From: Candidatus Komeilibacteria bacterium
Lineage (GTDB): Bacteria > Patescibacteriota > Patescibacteriia > UBA1558
Reading direction: 5' to 3'
Assembly: GCA_048538275.1 (NCBI GenBank)
Contig: JBLYPW010000001.1
Span: 365,928-429,927, forward strand
DNA: 64,000 nt
A program made the translations under genes and the position numbers. The first letter of the stretch is position 1, and every line of letters begins with the position of its first letter. A model generated the notes under the pieces. It was not told the DNA's origin. It did not search any database and saw only the letters and a list, made by a program, of their open reading frames with translations. Shown piece by piece: positions 1-10,000 of this stretch.

Positions 1-1102
1 AGCAATTTCCGAAGTTTTAGAAGTAGGCTGTTTAAAGCCCAAATTTACGCCTCTGCGTCAATTATCAGCCGGTGAGATTGGTTATATTGTGACCGGTCTA
101 AAAGACATTGCTCAAGCCCGGGTTGGTGACACCATTACGCACAGTGCTCAGCCGGCTGAACCATTAGCCGGTTATAAAGAGATACAGCCGATGGTATTTG
201 CCGGCATATTTTGTAGAGAAGGGGACGAATATCCCCGTTTGCGTAGCGCCATTGAGAAATTAAAACTAAATGACGGGGCCTTAAGCTATGAGCCGGAGAA
301 TTCACCGGCCTTGGGTTTTGGTTTTCGCTGTGGTTTCTTAGGTTTGTTACATTTGGAAGTGGTTAGTGAGCGACTGCGCCGTGAATTTAATTTAGATTTG
401 ATAATAACGGTGCCGGCAGTAGCTTATCAAGTGACTAAGACAGACGGCAATAAAGTGTTGATAAGTAATCCTCAGGAATTTGGTGATAATAGTAGCATAG
501 CTGTTATTAAGGAGCCTATTTTGCGAGCAGACATTGTCACCCCGGTTGATTATTTGGGCTCTATTATGCAGTTAGCGCAGGAGCGGCGTGGTGAATACAT
601 CAATACGGAGTATTTAGATGATAAGCGAGTGGTGCTACATTATTATTTACCATTAGCTACTATTTTAGCTGATTTTTATGGTGCTTTAAAAAGTTTAAGT
701 TCTGGTTATGCTTCTTTAAATTATAGTTGGCATAGTTATCAGGAGACGCAAGTGGTGAAATTGGATATTTTGGTGGCAGAAGAGCCGGTAGAAGCACTCA
801 GTAGCATGGTTTATAGTGATGAAGTGCAAACGGTAGCCAGGCGAATGGTGAGTAAATTAAAAGATGTATTGCCACGACAGCAGTTTCAACTTAAAATTCA
901 AGCAGCGGTGGGCGGAAAAATAGTAGCGGCGGAAAGATTATCTGCTTTACGAAAAGACGTCACCGCCAAGCTATATGGCGGCGATGTGACTCGTAAGCGT
1001 AAGTTATTGGAAAAGCAAAAAAAAGGAAAGAAGAAAATGGCCCAAATGGGGAAGGTGCAGATTCCTAGTGAAGCATTTTTGGCTTTACTAAAAAAGGATT
1101 AA
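1..1102 (+). CDS. lepA: Elongation factor 4 (LepA), 5'-truncated by the window edge
   Basis: Frame open from base 2 (AISEVLEVG...GEIGYIVTG); motifs GFRCGFLGLLHLEV and RKDVTAKLYGGDVTRKRKLLEKQKKGKKKM. Confidence 0.97.
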   Translation, partial: AISEVLEVGCLKPKFTPLRQLSAGEIGYIVTGLKDIAQARVGDTITHSAQPAEPLAGYKEIQPMVFAGIFCREGDEYPRLRSAIEKLKLNDGALSYEPENSPALGFGFRCGFLGLLHLEVVSERLRREFNLDLIITVPAVAYQVTKTDGNKVLISNPQEFGDNSSIAVIKEPILRADIVTPVDYLGSIMQLAQERRGEYINTEYLDDKRVVLHYYLPLATILADFYGALKSLSSGYASLNYSWHSYQETQVVKLDILVAEEPVEALSSMVYSDEVQTVARRMVSKLKDVLPRQQFQLKIQAAVGGKIVAAERLSALRKDVTAKLYGGDVTRKRKLLEKQKKGKKKMAQMGKVQIPSEAFLALLKKD

Positions 1103-1233
1103 TAATAGAGAAATCCTAAAGTCCAGCTTATCATAGAAAATACTATAATAATGGACAAAATTAGCCAAACGATTTTTTGAGTTTTTCTGCGCATAGTCTT
1201 TGTTAGCTTTAATTGATTTGTTATAATTATTCT

Positions 1234-1635
1234 ATGAGTCAAGGAGGATTTAGAAAATTTTATAATTCGGTCTGGTTTTTGTGGCTATGTGTGATATTAT
1301 TAGCGCTTTTTTTAGGGGCGACTTGGCGAGATTATCATAAGCAATCTGATTTGCGTGATGATATTGCCGCTTTGAATCAAGAGATAACCAACCTCGATCA
1401 ACAACAAAGCGATTTGTTGGAGACTCTAAAATATGTGCAAAGTAGTGACTTTGTAGAGATTGAAGCCCGTACTAAGCTGAATTTACGTAAGCCAGGAGAA
1501 AAAGTAATTATTGTGTCCAGTGATGAAGATATTGCCAATTTGCCCGCTAGCAAAGAAAGTAATATCAACAGGTTTTTACAACCGACCATCTCTAATTATC
1601 AAAAGTGGTGGTCATATTTTTTTCCTTCTCGCTGA
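1234..1635 (+). CDS. Septum formation initiator family protein (FtsB/DivIC-like)
   Basis: N-terminal TM helix, coiled coil, and VEIEARTKLNLRKPGEKVI resembling the DivIC motif; ATG at 1234 preferred. Confidence 0.8.
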   Translation: MSQGGFRKFYNSVWFLWLCVILLALFLGATWRDYHKQSDLRDDIAALNQEITNLDQQQSDLLETLKYVQSSDFVEIEARTKLNLRKPGEKVIIVSSDEDIANLPASKESNINRFLQPTISNYQKWWSYFFPSR

Positions 1636-1646
1636 TGGAAAAGTAG

Positions 1647-1722
1647 TGGAGCCAAGAAAGGGACTCGAACCCTTAACCTACGGTTTACGATACCGTTGCT
1701 CTACCAGTTGAGCTATCTTGGC
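1647..1722 (-). tRNA. tRNA-Thr(CGT)
   Basis: Reverse complement GCCAAGATAGCTCAACTGGTAGAGCAACGGTATCGTAAACCGTAGGTTAAGGGTTCGAGTCCCTTTCTTGGCTCCA folds as a cloverleaf; anticodon CGT; encoded CCA. Confidence 0.95.
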
Positions 1723-1840
1723 TCGTCACTTTAAAGTGACGAGCCTGGGATGTCATTTAAAATGAAGAGCCTGGGATGTCATTTAAAATGAAGAGCCTGG
1801 GATGTCATTTAAAATGAAGAGTCTGGGACGTCATTTAAAG
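1720..1840. repeat. 26-bp perfect palindrome followed by a 26-bp tandem repeat (about 3.8 copies)
   Basis: GGCTCGTCACTTTAAAGTGACGAGCC at 1720-1745; unit GAGCCTGGGATGTCATTTAAAATGAA at 1741, 1767 and 1793, degenerate copy at 1819. Confidence 0.95.
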
Positions 1841-1856
1841 TTTATATGAATTAGAT

Positions 1857-1930
1857 TGGAGCGAGTAACGGGAATCGAACCCGTGTCCTATCCTTGGGAA
1901 GGATATGTTCTACCATTAAACTATACTCGC
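1857..1930 (-). tRNA. tRNA-Gly(CCC)
   Basis: Reverse complement GCGAGTATAGTTTAATGGTAGAACATATCCTTCCCAAGGATAGGACACGGGTTCGATTCCCGTTACTCGCTCCA; anticodon CCC. Confidence 0.95.
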
Positions 1931-1961
1931 GCGTTTAAGATTATATTATATAAATAGCAGT

Positions 1962-3059
1962 ATGAAAAGTCTTAGTCAAATAATAATTATTTTTACCCTG
2001 CTTATTTGCAGTTTATTTGTCTTTCAGCCAGTTCAAGCAGTAGATAATTTTAGTGCTCATTTAACTATAGAACAAATTAGAAACGGTGCAAATTTAGCAA
2101 GCAACGATGGTATTTTTAATATTTCTTGGCCAGCGGAGTCTTATACCCAACCTATTGACGTATATTTGACAACCGATTCAGCGGTGCCCAATTATCCGGC
2201 TGGTGATATTATTTCTTCGGTTTATTCGTATTATATCTTAAGTTCAGAATCAGCATCTAAATCATTTGAAATTGCTATCCGCTTTACAGATAGCAGTCCC
2301 TGGGCTAAACATATTTGGCTATATGATTATAAACAACATAATTGGCTGCGCTTACCAACTAGATTGGATAGGGCAGGGGGCTTGGCTATTGCCAGCACGA
2401 CTCATTATTATGGTAAGGCAGTTTTGTTGTCCGAGAAAGTGATGTTATATAATCAGGGTGAGGGCGTATATGAGAGTTTTGCTAAAGATTTTGCGGTACA
2501 ACCGGATGCTAGACAATTATTTTCAGAGATAACTATAGCCGCTTATAATAATCAGCTTTATCCAGAACAATGGCCTAGAGTGAGTGATATTTATCAATAT
2601 GAGTTGGTCGGTGGTGAGATGGCTGCTACGCCTTTTACTTTGCATTGGTCTTATAAATTTGTTGATGCAGCCATGCCCACAGCTTTTTATTGGGATAATG
2701 GTAAACAAAACTGGATAAGTTTGCCTACTTTAGCTGATTTGGATAGGGGCGAGGTGATAGCGCAGACTGTTTTTCCTTATGCGCGCGTGGCTTTATTTCA
2801 ACAGCCCAATGTCTCAGCCGGTGAAGCTAGCTGGTATGCTTATAAAAATTGTAATTGTGCCGCTGTGCGAGATTATCCCAAGGGTACTAAATTGCGCGTA
2901 ACAAACTTATATAATGGCAAAAGTGTCATTGTGCGTGTCAATGATTATGGTCCAGAAGCTTGGACAGGAAGAATCATTGATTTGGATAAAATAGCTTTTG
3001 CCCAGATTGCTAGTTTACGAATGGGCCTCACAAATGTTAAAATAGAAGCACTACAATGA
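1962..3059 (+). CDS. Secreted RlpA-family septal lytic transglycosylase with two N-terminal beta-rich modules
   Basis: Signal peptide; C-terminal DPBB motifs GEASWY, PKGTKLRVTNLYNGKSVIVRVNDYGP, GRIIDL. Confidence 0.8.
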   Translation: MKSLSQIIIIFTLLICSLFVFQPVQAVDNFSAHLTIEQIRNGANLASNDGIFNISWPAESYTQPIDVYLTTDSAVPNYPAGDIISSVYSYYILSSESASKSFEIAIRFTDSSPWAKHIWLYDYKQHNWLRLPTRLDRAGGLAIASTTHYYGKAVLLSEKVMLYNQGEGVYESFAKDFAVQPDARQLFSEITIAAYNNQLYPEQWPRVSDIYQYELVGGEMAATPFTLHWSYKFVDAAMPTAFYWDNGKQNWISLPTLADLDRGEVIAQTVFPYARVALFQQPNVSAGEASWYAYKNCNCAAVRDYPKGTKLRVTNLYNGKSVIVRVNDYGPEAWTGRIIDLDKIAFAQIASLRMGLTNVKIEALQ

Positions 3060-3736
3060 TAAAAATAAAAAACGTCACAAAAGCATATAGTCCCGGAGAT
3101 GCTACTCTCAAAAATGTCAGCTTAGAAATAAAGTCTGGTGAGTTTGTGTCATTGGTCGGGCAATCTGGCACAGGCAAGACTACTTTAGTCAAATTAATTA
3201 TTGCGGAAGAAAAACCTACCGATGGTCATATTATAGTTGGCGGTTGGGATATTACTTATATTCCGGCCTATGAAGTGCCGTATCTAAGACGTCAGATAGG
3301 AGTGGTTTTTCAAGATTTTAAACTTTTACCAAAATTAACGGTTTATGAGAATGTGGCCTTTGCTTTAGAAACTTGTGGCGCTAGTAAACATAAGATTACT
3401 CATACCGTTCCTCAGGTTCTCAGGATAGTCGGTTTAGAGAATAAGATGGATCGCTATCCAGCACAACTTTCGGGCGGAGAACAACAGCGTGTTGTTATTG
3501 CACGTTCTTTAGTACACAAGCCAAAATTATTGATAGCTGATGAACCCACTGGTAATTTAGATTCTATCAACACCAAGGAAATTATTGATTTATTGCTCAA
3601 GATTAATGAAATTGGCACTACCGTAATGTTGGTTACGCATAATCGTGAAGTAGTAAATAATTTAAAAAAGAGAGTAGTGACTATGGATCAAGGTGAGATT
3701 ATCTCTGATCAAAGCCGTGGTCGCTATGTATTATAG
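3056..3736 (+). CDS. ftsE: Cell division ATP-binding protein FtsE
   Basis: Walker A GQSGTGKTT, RRQIGVVFQDFKLL, LSGGEQQRV; upstream of ftsX. Confidence 0.93.
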   Translation: MIKIKNVTKAYSPGDATLKNVSLEIKSGEFVSLVGQSGTGKTTLVKLIIAEEKPTDGHIIVGGWDITYIPAYEVPYLRRQIGVVFQDFKLLPKLTVYENVAFALETCGASKHKITHTVPQVLRIVGLENKMDRYPAQLSGGEQQRVVIARSLVHKPKLLIADEPTGNLDSINTKEIIDLLLKINEIGTTVMLVTHNREVVNNLKKRVVTMDQGEIISDQSRGRYVL

Positions 3737-3748
3737 TGTATAAAATTT

Positions 3749-4672
3749 ATGTTTTTATTGGATATTTATAGAGCATTCCGTTTTGCCTGGCAAAGTTTTT
3801 GGCGAAACTTCTGGCTTAGCATAGTTACTATTACTATTATTAGCCTGGCTTTGATATCGGTAAGTTTCTTATTATTATTCAATATCACCACTACTCATGT
3901 TATTGATACAGTGCAAAATAATACAGAAATTTATATTGATTTAACGCCCCAGGCCAAACTAGCCCAAGTGCAGTTTTTGGTGGACGAATTAAATAAGCTG
4001 CCAGAAATAAAAGCAGTGCAATTCATCACCCCGGAGGAAACATTACAAGCCTTTAAAGAGAGGTATAGTGATAACAGCGTGGTTATGGATTCTTTGGAAA
4101 GTTTGGATGAAAATCCTTTTACCGGTAGCCTAATGCTGAAAGTCCAGCAAATAGATCAATTTTCAGCTTTATTAGACGAAATATCCAAACCAGAATATGG
4201 CGATATTTTGGAAATTAATAATAGTGAATTTTATCAGGCTAGAGATTTGATAAATGCCATTAATGATTATTCCCAAAAAGTGGAAAATGTTGGTTTTGGT
4301 ATAAGTATATTTTTTGTGCTAATTTCTATCATTGTAGTATTTAATACCATTCAAATGGGCATTTATTCACACCGTGAAGAGATTGGTATTATGAAACTAG
4401 TGGGCGCTTCCAATAGTTTTATTCGCGCTCCCTTCTTAATTGAGGGAATTTTATACAGTTTTATCGCTATTATTTTAGTAGGGGCTATTATTTATCCGCT
4501 TAGTATTTTTGTGCAACCGCATTTAGATAATTTCTTAGGTGAATATTCTTTATCATTGGTCAATGCCATTAATAATAGTGCCTGGCAAGTATTTGGTTTA
4601 GAAATTGGCATTGCCATTTTAATTACCGTTATCTCCAGTTTATTGGCTACGCGTCGCTACCTTAAAGTTTAG
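3749..4672 (+). CDS. ftsX: Cell division permease FtsX
   Basis: 4 TM segments; REEIGIMKLVGASNSFIRAPFLIEG motif. Confidence 0.93.
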   Translation: MFLLDIYRAFRFAWQSFWRNFWLSIVTITIISLALISVSFLLLFNITTTHVIDTVQNNTEIYIDLTPQAKLAQVQFLVDELNKLPEIKAVQFITPEETLQAFKERYSDNSVVMDSLESLDENPFTGSLMLKVQQIDQFSALLDEISKPEYGDILEINNSEFYQARDLINAINDYSQKVENVGFGISIFFVLISIIVVFNTIQMGIYSHREEIGIMKLVGASNSFIRAPFLIEGILYSFIAIILVGAIIYPLSIFVQPHLDNFLGEYSLSLVNAINNSAWQVFGLEIGIAILITVISSLLATRRYLKV

Positions 4673-4696
4673 TTGGAATAAATTTAATTATAAAAA

Positions 4697-4746
4697 AGAC
4701 CCAGTCGGTAAGTCGCGTTAGACGCGAGCAAAATCGTCTGGGTTTT
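4697..4746. terminator. Putative bidirectional terminator between convergent ftsX and rpmA
   Basis: AGACCCAG...CTGGGTTT stem with nested TCGCGT/ACGCGA hairpin, A-run on the left and T-run on the right. Confidence 0.55.
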
Positions 4747-4783
4747 ATAATTGTTGGCAGTATTCAGTTGTATTGTTATCTAT

Positions 4784-5056
4784 TTATACCACGTCAACAA
4801 AAACAGCTTTTTTTAGCTGGCCATCAAATCTAGTCATTTTTCTTTGGCGAAATTTTATCTTACCGCTGGCTGTTGCCATGAGAGTATCATCTTTAGTCTG
4901 CATAACATTTTTACCGGGGCGGTATTGGCTGCCACGTTGACGGATAATAATATTACCCGCTTTTGCGCTTTGGCCGTCGTGTAATTTTACACCCAGTCTT
5001 TGCGCATTAGAATCTCTAAGATTTGACGCTGTTCCGCCGGCCTTTTTATGTGCCAT
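4784..5056 (-). CDS. rpmA: 50S ribosomal protein L27
   Basis: MAHKKAGG...[11 protein letters not shown]...GNIIIRQRG. Confidence 0.97.
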   Translation of the reverse strand: MAHKKAGGTASNLRDSNAQRLGVKLHDGQSAKAGNIIIRQRGSQYRPGKNVMQTKDDTLMATASGKIKFRQRKMTRFDGQLKKAVFVDVV

Positions 5057-5234
5057 AAATTTGTAATTTCTTAAATATTAAATATGGTACCGATATAATA
5101 AGACATTATTGCTTTTAAGTCAATAGCTTGCATATTGTTTTATTTTTAGGATTGCAAAAATATATATTTTATGCCGTAATATTTACTTTAATTTTTAATA
5201 AAAAAATGCTATGATATTGTAGTAAAAATAATAA

Positions 5235-5480
5235 ATGTCAACATCACAAATAGATATAAAAAAAATTGCCGAACAGGAATTGGATAAAATAAGGCCTTAT
5301 TTGGAGGGCCATGGCGGACAAGTAGAAATAGTAGACTGGGATAAGCCTGGCGGTACATTATTTATACGCCTGACCGGGCGATGCAGCAGTTGTGCTTGGG
5401 CGGGACTTACCTTTGAGCAGATGATAGCCGAGCGTTTACGACATTTGCCTGGTATTAATGATATTAGATTAATAGCATGA
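5235..5480 (+). CDS. NifU/Nfu-type Fe-S scaffold domain protein
   Basis: IRPYLEGHGGQVE and GRCSSC (CxxC); overlaps the cysteine desulfurase start. Confidence 0.85.
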   Translation: MSTSQIDIKKIAEQELDKIRPYLEGHGGQVEIVDWDKPGGTLFIRLTGRCSSCAWAGLTFEQMIAERLRHLPGINDIRLIA

Positions 5481-6658
5481 AAAGGATTTACTTTGATTAT
5501 GCCGCCACCACTCCTATGCACAAGTCTGTCGCAGTTGTCATGGATGATTATGCTAGTAAAACATTTGGTAATCCTAGTTCACAGCATTGGTTTGGTCAGC
5601 AAGCACGGGCGGCTGTAGAAAGCGTACGCCAACAAATTGCTGATGATTTGTTTTGCCAACCCAATGAGTTGTTGTTTACCAGCGGAGCAACCGAATCAGA
5701 TAATTTGGCACTGGGAGGAGTGATTAATTATTGGTTAGCTCAGTGGCGAGAGGTGAAGCGCCAGCCTCATATTATAATTAGTGCTTTTGAGCATCCAGCG
5801 GTTTTGAGTACGGCATTGGCCTGGGAGCGACGGGGTGTGCAAGTGACGCTGGTAAATCCGCTGGCGAGCGGCGTCGTAGACGTGGAGGATATAAAAAAAG
5901 CTATTACCGATAATACAGTTTTGCTTTCTTTAATGTATGTCAATAATGAGATTGGCACGGTCCAGCCGGTTCAAGTCTTGGGCAAATATTTATTAGAACT
6001 AAATAAAGAAAGACAGGCAAATAATTTAGGTCGTATTTCTTATCATATTGATGCCGTACAGGCCTTGAATTATCTGAATTGCCGACCCGATCATCTGCGG
6101 GCGGATTTGATGTCTTTTTCTGGACATAAGATATATGGTCCCAAAGGAGTAGGGATTTTATATTTACGCCATGGTACTCCTTTTGTAGCTTTGCAAACCG
6201 GTGGCGCGCAGGAAAATGGCAGGCGCGCAGGCACGCTCAATGTTCCGGGTATTGTTGGTATGGGCAAAGCGATGGTTCAAGCAATAGCTGATGCGGTTGA
6301 GCAGGGTGAAAAAATAAAGGCTTTGCAACAGTCAATGGAAAAACAGTTACAACAGCGTTATCAAGCGATTATTAATTGCCAAAATAGTGAGCGCGCCCCT
6401 CATATTAGTAATTTGCGTATTCCCGGATTGAACGGTGAACAATTGGCTGTGCAGTTGGATTTAGAGGGTATAGCAATTTCTACTGGATCGGCTTGTTCTT
6501 CTGGCTCTACCAAACCGTCAGTAACATTATCAGCCTTGGGTTTGGATAAACAAGCTGTCAGCGAGAGTGTAAGGGTGAGTTTGGGGATGGGTAATAAGCA
6601 TTCGGATATTGTTTATTTTTTCAAAGTTTTAGATAAAATAATAAAAAATAATGTTTAA
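5477..6658 (+). CDS. iscS: Cysteine desulfurase (IscS/NifS family)
   Basis: IYFDYAATTP, FTSGATES, SGHKIYGPKG, STGSACSS. Confidence 0.92.
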   Translation: MKRIYFDYAATTPMHKSVAVVMDDYASKTFGNPSSQHWFGQQARAAVESVRQQIADDLFCQPNELLFTSGATESDNLALGGVINYWLAQWREVKRQPHIIISAFEHPAVLSTALAWERRGVQVTLVNPLASGVVDVEDIKKAITDNTVLLSLMYVNNEIGTVQPVQVLGKYLLELNKERQANNLGRISYHIDAVQALNYLNCRPDHLRADLMSFSGHKIYGPKGVGILYLRHGTPFVALQTGGAQENGRRAGTLNVPGIVGMGKAMVQAIADAVEQGEKIKALQQSMEKQLQQRYQAIINCQNSERAPHISNLRIPGLNGEQLAVQLDLEGIAISTGSACSSGSTKPSVTLSALGLDKQAVSESVRVSLGMGNKHSDIVYFFKVLDKIIKNNV

Positions 6659-6995
6659 AGATTGGTGGCATAAATTTAATTGGCTAAGTGGGCATATCCT
6701 TGCTTTATTAGCTAATGCAGCTATTTGGCTATGGCTAGTTTTTATGATCCAACCGACTGGCGATAGTGCCCCTTTACATTTTAATGTGTATTTTGGATTG
6801 GATGCTTTAGGCGATGCTCATCGTTTGTACAATCAGCCCCTATGGGGATTATTAATAGTATTGGCTAATATATTCATGGCTTACTTGGCTAGAGCAAAGC
6901 AACATGGTATAAAAATATATTTAGGATATTTTAGCTTAGTTTGTCAGTTTTTGATTTTTTATGCTTTAGCCGCTTTGATTGTAAATTATTATTAA
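6651..6995 (+). CDS. Small membrane protein (3 TM, PLHFNVYFG motif, DUF1648-like)
   Basis: Hydrophobic segments; overlaps the iscS stop. Confidence 0.65.
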   Translation: MFKDWWHKFNWLSGHILALLANAAIWLWLVFMIQPTGDSAPLHFNVYFGLDALGDAHRLYNQPLWGLLIVLANIFMAYLARAKQHGIKIYLGYFSLVCQFLIFYALAALIVNYY

Positions 6996-7042
6996 AACAA
7001 ATTTTAAGTAACTAAAAACTTATTACTTATCAACTACACTCT

Positions 7043-10000
7043 ATGTCTCTAGAAAATCCACAATTGAATAATCAAGCGCCGCAAGCAGAAAATATAGAAA
7101 CAGAATATACTGTGGAGGAAGTAGAATGGAAAGCAAAGGTTATTAATAATTCTATGGGGCAATTTTTGCAAGCCAAAGCATTAAATTTAGTCGAGTCTAT
7201 AACATATGAAGATAAGCAAGCTAAAGCCTTATCCGGCATTGCCCAAGCCCAGGCCGGCCAAGGTCAAATAGAGCCAGCCTTGCATATCGCCCGGTCTATA
7301 ACCCATGAATATTATAAAGCCGAAGCTTTATCCGGCATTGCCCAAGCCCAGGCCGGCCAAGGTCAAATAGAGCCGGCCTTGCATAGCGCCGAGTCTATAA
7401 TCGATGAATATAACAAAGCCAAAGCCTTATCCGGCATTGCCCAAGCCCAGGCCGGCCAAGGTCAAATAGAGCCGGCCTTGCATATCGCCCGGTCTATAAC
7501 CAGTGAATATGTCAAAGCCAAAGTCTTATCCGGCATTGCCCAAGCCCAGGTTAATGAGGATCAGCTGGACAGAATTGTAAAGCTAGCCGAGTCTATAACC
7601 CATGAATATTATAAAGCCAAAGTCTTATCCGCTATTGCCCAAGCCCAGGCCGGCCAAGGTCAAATAGAGCCGGCCTTGCATATCGCCGAGTCTATAACCA
7701 ATGAAAGTGAAAAAGCCAAAGTCTTATCCGCTATTGCCCAAGCCCAGGCCGGCCAAGGTCAAATAGAGCCGGCCTTGCATATCGCCGAGTCTATAACCCA
7801 TGAACATTATAAAGACGAAGCATTATCCGCTATTGTCCAAGCCCAGACCCGTCAAGCCGCTAAACTTGTCAGTAATAATAGGCTAGATCTCAGTCAGGAC
7901 CAATCAATGTTAGATAAGCTATTTTCTAAAGCTGTTTTGCACAAAGACAGTGAAATACTGCGGTCATTAGGATTTATCTTAACCCTTGAAGAACAAAACA
8001 GATTATTGGCTATTATAGCACCGTCCGAACAAAGTATATGCCGCAGGCAGTTCAACTTTAAGATCAAGGAATTGGGAGTACAGCTTATGGATCTCTGCGG
8101 TACCGATACAATAGATGGCGAGCAAAGACCAGCTTATCTAAATCAGTTAGAGATTTTGGCTCAAACGTATCATCTTAGACTCTCGGAGTATCTTGTGGGA
8201 GCAGATAAGCTAGACGCTACATTATCAACAGAAGAACAGGCTAAATTATTATTTCAGGTTATTAGAGAAAAATCAGAGTATTGGCAAGATGAAGTCAATG
8301 TTGCCGATCCTTTCCAAGCCGGTGCAGAAACTTTTGGCTATGCCAATATGTTCAAATTTATTGATCGGGCTGGGCTATCTCGTCATGATGCCTTGCATAA
8401 TTTTAGACAGGTATTAAGCGTCTGGCAGGCCTCGGGATTAACAGCGCCAGCTTTTTATCATAATATTTTAGAACAAGTTCAAGCCGATGGTGCGGATTAT
8501 GACGAGCAAGGCAATGCCCATGGTAAATTGAATAATTTAGTGGACAATATCAATTTGGATTTTCAGGCTACTATAGCAGAGGCGCAGCAGTTTACTGGCA
8601 TAAATAAATTACAGGCTTTATTGCGAGTCATTCAAACTCCAGAGCAGATATTTTCTTCTTGGAAAATGCTGCTAAAATATAATGAAATCTGTGACTTGCT
8701 GCAGCGTAAAGAATTATTGGAGCAATTACAGTCTTTACCCAAAGCAGGCAAAGAAAAATTATTTAACTATGTAGAAACTTTAGCTTTTCATCCCAATATC
8801 TCTTTGCCCAAGGTAATGAAGTTTTGGCAAGACATAGAGGGCTTTTTAAAGATAGGCGATAGTCATACGCCAGAAGCATTGCAAGACAGAAAAAAACCAT
8901 CCAACTATATTAATTTCCCTCATTTAGATTTAACCGGCGAGCAGTTGAGAGATGCCTTGGTGGAAGGTGATTATGATAAAATCCAGGCCTTTGCTCCTCT
9001 GAGTATAGAATATGATATTGTAGATAAAAAAGCCGAGCAAATAGATCTGTCTCTGGCAGAGCAAATATTACAAGCCGTGGGCAAACGCAGTGAGGGCATC
9101 AAAGGTCAGGCTAAGAATCCAGCTAAATTATTTAGTCAGTTGACCAAACTGTTTAAACGTTATGATATCAAATTAATAGATTATTTGCGCAGCGAGCAGC
9201 CGGATGAGGATTTTCCAGAGGCAGAGTTAGTTATCAAGGAAGCTCGTATTTTACTGGCAGATAATGATATGGGCTTGCCAGAAAAAACCACTAGCGGTAA
9301 TCATTATCGTGCTAAAATTAATCTAAAGTCTGATCCGGATGGCGTGGTGGCAGGCAATGACACGGCTTGTTGTATGCCTTTTGGGTCGGGTAAAAATAAT
9401 GTCTATACTTTCAATCCAGTCTGTTCACTTTTTACTTTGCAACGCCAGACCGTCGATGGTAAGTGGCGCACCGTGGCACAAAGCGTACTCACTCGCAATA
9501 TTGATATTAAGAAAAACATTGCCGATTTAGTCAGTCAAATGGAAAAGACTGATGCCAAAATGACAGACTTGGTAGATGATACATTATTGCATGATCAGCC
9601 GGGCATCATCACTTGCGATAATATTGAAGTTGCTAAGAATTTTCAGGGTAATGACAATATCATTGAAACTATTTATAGTGATTTTTTTAGAGAATATATT
9701 CAGCAGGCTGGTGCTGACTGGGATCGGGATAAAATTATTATTGGCATGGGTTATACCGATGCCTTGACCAAACTGCCTGATATAGCCAATACTTTTATAC
9801 CGGAAGCGCCCGTGGGGTATAGTGATAATTTGCATAACAGCTCTTATGTTTTGGATTTAAAAACAACAGCCGGCCAACTGGCTTTCAAAAAGAAGATAAT
9901 AAATAAAATAGCACCTTTTACAGAGCAGGCGTCATCCAGCCTACCCAAAGGTATACAACCCTTGACTTTTCACGATGCCTTACCGGTATCATATATTGAA

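Noticed and set aside
1511-1711. 66-aa ORF
   Set aside because: Overlaps the ftsB-like gene and reads antisense through tRNA-Thr; spurious
1741-1840. CRISPR array
   Set aside because: The 26-bp units are directly adjacent with no unique spacers, and no cas genes are in the window
7190-7846. True TALE protein
   Set aside because: Repeat length is similar but the sequence lacks the TALE consensus (LTPxQVVAIAS..GGKQALE); the analogy is functional only
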